64,000 nucleotides of DNA, taken from Fibrobacteria bacterium. GTDB taxonomy: Bacteria; Fibrobacterota; Chitinivibrionia; Chitinivibrionales; FEN-1185. Below the pieces are notes generated by a model, which ran no database searches, was not told where the DNA came from, and saw nothing but the letters and a program-made list of their open reading frames with translations. Both the position numbers and the translations under genes were made by a program. Shown one piece after another: positions 58,518-64,000 of the stretch (position 1 is the stretch's first letter; each line of letters opens with the position of its first letter). The DNA lies in contig JBBIGR010000009.1 of the NCBI GenBank assembly GCA_037447435.1, positions 1 through 64,000 on the forward strand. The letters run 5' to 3'.

Positions 58518-60749
58518 TCAGGGGTATTCCAAAACGCTGGACGATGCGACGCCGCCGACACCGTTTATGACATGGGTGATTTCACCGCCGCCAAGTTTCT
58601 GCGTGCACATATGATGCATCTTGGTCCCCGTTGTCGGGACCTCATACGCATTGGTCGAAGTGACATTGAACACCGAATACACGCCCAAGCCCCAGGCCTC
58701 GTGGCTGGTTACGGTATTGGAAACTTTGTAGGATGGAAAACCGAGAATACCGTTTCCTTCGGACCATACGGTATTGTTCGGCGGGTCATAGGGCATTTCC
58801 GACTGGTAAAAGAACAACCTGCCGTTGTTGCCGTTCCACCATGTTTGGAATGCCTGCGTATGTTCTACCTCCATGCCATAACAGGTCACGTTGTTGCCGT
58901 TCACAATCAGACCGTAGAGGTTTTTGTTCGACGTCCAGCCAGCACCCGTGCCATGATCTGCGCGCCACAGCCAGGAACCATCGAAAATCGCATCGTTGCT
59001 GTTGATCTTGACGAATGTTGTGGCCAGCCCGTTGTATTCCCCGCCGACTCTGGTGAAAATATCGGATAGAACAATCGGGTTTTTCGAATGATCTATCGTT
59101 GAACCGGAATCACCGACTTCCAACAAGCAAGGAGAGTTTGTGGTTGTTCCTTCAAAGAGAAAACCGCCGATCCGTACGCCGTCGACATCCGAGACTTTCA
59201 TTGCAATATTGCCCGAGGTTGGCGCAAGTGTGGGGAATCCGATGCCAAGGACAATCGTTCCCGGACGCGTTACATTGATGGATGCTTCCAAGTTATAATG
59301 TCCCGGAGTGAAAAGGATGTTTTTTCCCAGAGTCAACGCGGCATTAATGCTTGCGGCATTGTCGGTCGGCTTTGCAATATAGAACAAATCGATGGGATAT
59401 TGCACGCCGGGAGTTGTGCCGTTTGTCCACGAAACGCCTGCAGTGCTGTCGCGGCGGAGAGTGGGGACAAGGACGGAATAATTGTTGTTTTTGTCAATCA
59501 CGAGAAACGGCTTTTCCGCAATGACCGGTGTTTTCGTCACGACGGTCCTGCTCACCTGCGTTGAGGACGTCGGCCCGCCCACGGTTCCGACGAACGTGTA
59601 GTTCCAGCCGCCGCCGCCCCAGCTGCCGACATTATTGTTCCGCGAAAAATATTGCTGCTGCGATCCGGGGTTCACCGCGCCGTCGACCTTGCAATCGGCA
59701 ACATAGCCGCCGCTGCTCCAGCCGCCGTCCGAAAGAGCCATACCGCCCTTGATATGCATCCGGCGAACCGGCGCTGCTTGCGACGCTTCCCAAATGTCGT
59801 TCCCGCCTGTCGGGGTCACGCAAAAACCTGCCGCGGCTTTCCAGAAGGTGCAGGTGGCATTATGTCCCATCCACGCTGCAGACGATCGTACCGCGCCGGT
59901 TATTTGAACGCTGTCCGGCGAAAGGCCGAGCCCAAGGGCCTCGGTGTAGAATCCGACATCGATGTCCAAAGAATATGAACCCGGTTTAAAAAGCCACGCA
60001 TACCTGTTGTGTCCGAATTGCGCGCCGTCCTGATTTGAAGATATGCCGCTTAAGGTGCTCTGGATCGTGGACATGCTCATAGTCGGGTCGAATACCATGA
60101 CGCTGGAGCCAAAGTCGGGTGCTGCGGCAGCGGCTTGGTTCATTGTTATATTGACGACTCCGGAATAAGAAGCGACTTGTTCCAAATGCGACGTATAGCC
60201 CGATTTTGTCGCCTGCAACCAGTCAAAGGCTGCGGTTTTTCCCAAAAACCGATCCGACGACGATACCGATTTGTAAATTGTCGAAGAACCTTTGCTTTGC
60301 GGTAAGAATTTATAAGCTGCGGAAGCACCGTTGCTGGTGATTTTCATGACATACATTTCCGACGCGTGGTTTTGTAAAGAAAACGCGACATCGGTTTTTC
60401 CCTGGTTGATGCGGCCGTTGAAAATGCGGCCGATCACGGCTCCGCGCATGTCATATAGATTAGCGGTCAAATTTGCCGCAGCCGAGGTGGTAAACGTGAA
60501 AACGTTGTTGGAAAATTCGATCGAATTGACGCCTGCCACAGACGAAACCGGCGTCTTCGTGGAAACGCCGATACCGGTGAGCGTAAATGTTCCGCTCGCC
60601 GTGGTCGTATCCGCGATTTGGGACGCAACGAGACGGACGACAACGCCCTGAAGGGGCTGTCCGCCGCTTGTCACTGTTCCCGTTATATTCACCGATTGAG
60701 CCGAAGCGATACCTGCTACGATTAAAACGAGCAGCATTAATTGTCTCAT
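58518..60749 (-). CDS. GH55-like exo-beta-1,3-glucanase (bacterial type)
   Basis: PDFG..V.VFDP, AQFG..RYA.LFKPG.Y, GFYT...GLG, NATCTFWK, SQAAP.RR, WSSGG, WLWRADHG, VEH, YQSEMPYD, HEAWGLG.Y. Confidence 0.85.
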   Translation of the reverse strand: MRQLMLLVLIVAGIASAQSVNITGTVTSGGQPLQGVVVRLVASQIADTTTASGTFTLTGIGVSTKTPVSSVAGVNSIEFSNNVFTFTTSAAANLTANLYDMRGAVIGRIFNGRINQGKTDVAFSLQNHASEMYVMKITSNGASAAYKFLPQSKGSSTIYKSVSSSDRFLGKTAAFDWLQATKSGYTSHLEQVASYSGVVNITMNQAAAAAPDFGSSVMVFDPTMSMSTIQSTLSGISSNQDGAQFGHNRYAWLFKPGSYSLDIDVGFYTEALGLGLSPDSVQITGAVRSSAAWMGHNATCTFWKAAAGFCVTPTGGNDIWEASQAAPVRRMHIKGGMALSDGGWSSGGYVADCKVDGAVNPGSQQQYFSRNNNVGSWGGGGWNYTFVGTVGGPTSSTQVSRTVVTKTPVIAEKPFLVIDKNNNYSVLVPTLRRDSTAGVSWTNGTTPGVQYPIDLFYIAKPTDNAASINAALTLGKNILFTPGHYNLEASINVTRPGTIVLGIGFPTLAPTSGNIAMKVSDVDGVRIGGFLFEGTTTNSPCLLEVGDSGSTIDHSKNPIVLSDIFTRVGGEYNGLATTFVKINSNDAIFDGSWLWRADHGTGAGWTSNKNLYGLIVNGNNVTCYGMEVEHTQAFQTWWNGNNGRLFFYQSEMPYDPPNNTVWSEGNGILGFPSYKVSNTVTSHEAWGLGVYSVFNVTSTNAYEVPTTGTKMHHMCTQKLGGGEITHVINGVGGVASSSVLEYP

Positions 60750-60812
60750 ATTCTCCCCATTTCTATGAGTATAGGAGCCTCTTACTTGTCATAATTGAAC
60801 GAAAGACTAATG

Positions 60813-61862
60813 TCAGTTACGCCTGACGATGATCCGGTCCGAGAACGTGCCGAAATCGCCGCGTACCGAAATAACGTATACGCCCTGCGACAATTTCGAT
60901 GTGGGTATGTCCAGCGACGCGGCATTGCCTGAAACGGACAACAACTTTGTACCCGTCGCGTTTACGATTTCGGCGGAATACGGTTGCTTATACGGTAAGG
61001 CAAGGGTGACAAAGGTCCGGGAATTGGTCAGCGATACATGACTGTTTTTCGCAAGAGAGGCCGGCTGTTGCGCGCCGAGCGTTTGATCCCATTTGTAAAC
61101 ATGCACGTAGTCGACTACAAGGGTTTCGGGATATACCGTGGTGTTGTCGCTGTTGCCGTCGAAATTTCCTCCGACCGCAACATTGAGTATGAAATAAAAC
61201 GTATTTGAGATCGGTATGCCGGGATGAGCCGCTTTGGTCATTGTCTCGAAATTGACATTATCGAGATACCAGCGTATGGAATCGGCGTTCCATTCTACGG
61301 CGTAAATATGAAAGCTGTCGTGAAGGTTTCCCTGCGCAGCGGGAAGGGAATAGCTTGCCGTTTGTACCGGTGTTCCTTGGTCGGAATGGAACGACCCGGA
61401 TGTCCAGTTCGGCATTCGGCCTTTTCCTTCCATAATATCTATTTCACCGCATGAGGGCCAGCCGCCGGTTGTACCGAGCATCCAAAACGCGGGCCAATAC
61501 CCTTTTGTAATCGGTAAACGCATGCGCGCTTCCATACGGCCGTATTGGAATGTTTTTTTATTCTGGCTGTAAATCCGGCCCGACGTTATTTCGCCGGTAG
61601 ATTGGTTTTTCAAAGCGAAAATATTCAAATTGCCGTTTTTTACGGTAATATTGGATGTTGCCTGATCATGCCCTGCGGTATAACGCTGTTGTTCGCTGTT
61701 GACCCAACCCGGATTTGCAGTCTGAATATTCCAGTTTTGTTCGTTTAATGCGGTGGAATCGAAATTATCTGCCCAAAACAATTTCCAACCGCCTGCACAA
61801 AACGCATTGCCATATAAAAGCATTGCAAGCAAAACCGGTACGGCGAAAAATGTTTTAGTCAT
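60813..61862 (-). CDS. GH16 laminarinase-like endo-beta-1,3-glucanase with C-terminal sorting-like domain
   Basis: WVNSEQQRY, TSGRI, YGRMEAR, WPAFWMLG, GEIDIME catalytic motif, ILNVAVGG, VDYVHVY; C-terminal LSQGVYVI. Confidence 0.92.
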   Translation of the reverse strand: MTKTFFAVPVLLAMLLYGNAFCAGGWKLFWADNFDSTALNEQNWNIQTANPGWVNSEQQRYTAGHDQATSNITVKNGNLNIFALKNQSTGEITSGRIYSQNKKTFQYGRMEARMRLPITKGYWPAFWMLGTTGGWPSCGEIDIMEGKGRMPNWTSGSFHSDQGTPVQTASYSLPAAQGNLHDSFHIYAVEWNADSIRWYLDNVNFETMTKAAHPGIPISNTFYFILNVAVGGNFDGNSDNTTVYPETLVVDYVHVYKWDQTLGAQQPASLAKNSHVSLTNSRTFVTLALPYKQPYSAEIVNATGTKLLSVSGNAASLDIPTSKLSQGVYVISVRGDFGTFSDRIIVRRN

Positions 61863-62270
61863 AAAAACTCCTTGGGGTGATTATTGCAAAACGGTTGCTT
61901 AATCGTTTAAATTTCTCTTTTGCGTTTCCACCTTTATTGAATATCTAAAAAGTCTCAATTTTCAATTATACACACGGTATTCAAGATTTTAAAGGAAAAA
62001 CTGTAAATCAAAAATCTTGCATACTGGGATTTATTTACTAATGCAAAGGCTTATAAGCAAGGACATTCCTGGAAAATAATATAAATTTTTTTGGAAAAAA
62101 TGACGGGAAAATTTGTTTTCCTTATCATTAAACCTATACACCCAGGATACACAAAACAATGTAATGCTTTGAAAAATAAGATTATAAGGAAGGAATTAAG
62201 TTGGGTATTAATTTTTTGTGGATACGGATGTCGTATGCCGTTATTCGCATCCGTTCTTTAGCGGTCCTTA

Positions 62271-63380
62271 TTATTTGTAGGGGAATCTTTCCCAGGCGGA
62301 ATCGACAAAGGATTTGAATTCACGTTCAAAACGCGAACGTGGAAATTGTTCGGCATTTGCGCGGATTACCTGCGGGTCGAACGAAGCTTCCTTTGCGCAA
62401 AATTCCCTTATCGTGTCGATAATGCATTGAACATCCTGTTTGTAAAAGAACATGCCTGTTTTATCCTTAAGCACCGTTTCCAATGCGCCGCCTTTTCCCA
62501 GCGCAATCACCGGAATGCCGCAGGCCTGCGCTTCGACGTTGACAATGCCGAAATCCTCTTCCGCACAGAACACGAATGCGCGTGCGCATTTGAGATGATC
62601 AGCCAAGGCTTCGGCTTGAAGATGCCCGACGAAGGTTATGTTCTTATTGGCTATTTTTTTAAGCTCTTTTTCCGCCGGGCCCTCTCCGACTATGACAAGA
62701 GGAAGATTCAATTCGTTGAAAGCGCGGATCGTAAGGTCTATTCGTTTATACGGGACGAGCCTCGACACGGTGATGAAGTAGTTTTCCCGTTTGTGGCCAA
62801 CGCTGAATTTGTCGACATCGACCGGAGGGTAAATCACCGTCGCGGGCCGGTTATAGCATTTTTGTATCCGATTCGCGATATAATGCGAATTGGCGATAAA
62901 TTCATTCACGCGAATGGCCGACGAAGCGTCCCAAAGACGAATGTAATGGAAAATGGCGCGAACGATAAAACTTTTCAAACCGCCGGAAAGTCCCGATGCC
63001 TCAAGGTATTGAAAGGTCAAATCCCAAATGTAACGCATGGGCGAATGGCAATAGCAAATGTGAAGCTGATCCGAAGAGGTTAATACGCCCTTGGCAACCG
63101 CGTACGACGAAGAAATGACGAGCTTGTATTCGCGAAGGTCGAATTGCTCGATGGCCATTGGGTATAAGGGTAAAAATGCGCGGTGATGGTTTTTGCCGAA
63201 AGGCAATCTCTGAAGCATCGACATGTATATGGGCGCCTCTGCAAAGGGCGCGCCGACGATGCCGTCTTTATCGTGAAACAGCGTGTAAATAGTCCCTGGG
63301 TACAGTTTGTAAATAGACTGTAACACGCTTTCGGCACCGGCCAACGTCACCAGCCATTCGTGTATTATTGCGGTATTCAT
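62271..63380 (-). CDS. Glycosyltransferase family 4 (WbaZ-like mannosyltransferase)
   Basis: HEWL...GAE.VL, AIEQFDL, YCHSPMRY.WD, IYPPVD, RLVPYKR, EDFGIVNVEAQACG. Confidence 0.92.
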   Translation of the reverse strand: MNTAIIHEWLVTLAGAESVLQSIYKLYPGTIYTLFHDKDGIVGAPFAEAPIYMSMLQRLPFGKNHHRAFLPLYPMAIEQFDLREYKLVISSSYAVAKGVLTSSDQLHICYCHSPMRYIWDLTFQYLEASGLSGGLKSFIVRAIFHYIRLWDASSAIRVNEFIANSHYIANRIQKCYNRPATVIYPPVDVDKFSVGHKRENYFITVSRLVPYKRIDLTIRAFNELNLPLVIVGEGPAEKELKKIANKNITFVGHLQAEALADHLKCARAFVFCAEEDFGIVNVEAQACGIPVIALGKGGALETVLKDKTGMFFYKQDVQCIIDTIREFCAKEASFDPQVIRANAEQFPRSRFEREFKSFVDSAWERFPYK

Positions 63381-63449
63381 GGTATATGAAAGTATACAGT
63401 GGCAAAAATGGGAAAGGTATAAAAATTTTTAGACGATTCGTTGTTTTTA

Positions 63450-64000
63450 TTACGGAGAGACGCGATTAATCGCGTCTCTCCTCTGATGGGTATTATGCCA
63501 GGCAACGACGTCGGCATAGGGTAACGCGCCGCCGAAAATGTCAAGACTGCTTCCCACGGTCGCATCCACCCTGCCTCCTCCGCGGATGTTGACAATGTCA
63601 AGATCGCTCAGGGACCGTACGCCGCCGGCATAGGTGACCGGGATAGGGCTGTATTGCGCGAGCAGGGCGATAAGGTCTTGGTCGACGCCGTTTTTCATTC
63701 CTTCGACATGGGCGGCGTGCACCAGAAATTCGTCGCAATAATCGGCAAGGGTTTCAAGCGTCTCCTTCGAAACAAAGACCCCGGTCAGCTTTTGCCAGCG
63801 GTTTGTTGCGATGTAATACCGGTCATCTTTCTTTTTGCAACTCAAATCGAGGACAAGGCGTTTTTTACCGGTTGCGGCGACGATGTTCTCCAGGTTTTTC
63901 CATACGATTTCGCCGTTGGAAAAAATATACGAGGTTACGATAACATGCGATGCGCCATTATCAATATATAAATTTGCATTGTCCGGGGTAATTCCGCCGC
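63450..64000 (-). CDS. hisA: Phosphoribosylformimino-AICAR isomerase, His6/eukaryotic-type HisA (5'-truncated by window edge)
   Basis: Frame open to the window end: GGITPDNA..YI..GASHVIVTSYIF...RLVLDLSC...RWQK...EFLVHAA.VEG...PVTYAGG...TVGSSLDIFGG. Confidence 0.9.
   Translation of the reverse strand, partial: GGITPDNANLYIDNGASHVIVTSYIFSNGEIVWKNLENIVAATGKKRLVLDLSCKKKDDRYYIATNRWQKLTGVFVSKETLETLADYCDEFLVHAAHVEGMKNGVDQDLIALLAQYSPIPVTYAGGVRSLSDLDIVNIRGGGRVDATVGSSLDIFGGALPYADVVAWHNTHQRRDAINRVSP
63454..63481. repeat. REP-like perfect 28-bp palindrome
   Basis: GGAGAGACGCGATTAATCGCGTCTCTCC. Confidence 0.75.

Noticed and set aside
62224..62254. Hairpin ACGGATG...CATCCGT as ncRNA
   Set aside because: Short imperfect stem just after the GT4 stop; best explained as a terminator or REP remnant.

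Overview
This is a 64-kb bacterial chromosomal window from an anaerobe. Fibrobacterota (Chitinivibrionia-like) is the likely lineage, inferred from a TIGR02171-type lipoprotein and many secreted proteins with T9SS/FlgD-like sorting domains. From left to right it holds: (1) an AT-rich accessory segment with cassette-like genes and an attC-like element downstream of tRNA-Arg(ACG); (2) a CAP-domain protein and a three-gene ECF transporter; (3) an in-frame, internally deleted adhE remnant divergent from a ~14-kb co-oriented redox cluster (rex, HydCBA [FeFe] hydrogenase, hfsA, PAS sensory hydrogenase, SpoIIE-type phosphatase, rseC, rnfCDGEAB); (4) an orphan GAF protein and a tandem-duplicated HNH-like protein; (5) leuC, a leuD-ilvB fusion and ilvN; (6) redox housekeeping genes and secreted modular proteins (two C1 peptidases, two DUF362 proteins, a deacetylase, a nonsense-interrupted TIGR02171 lipoprotein); (7) a SusCD-free beta-glucan cluster (GH30, putative porin, large Ig/InlB-repeat lipoprotein, GH55, GH16), a GT4 and a partial His6-type hisA with a REP-like palindrome. 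I saw no CRISPR array, transposase, integrase or reverse transcriptase. All family calls come from motif recognition by eye; no database search was run.
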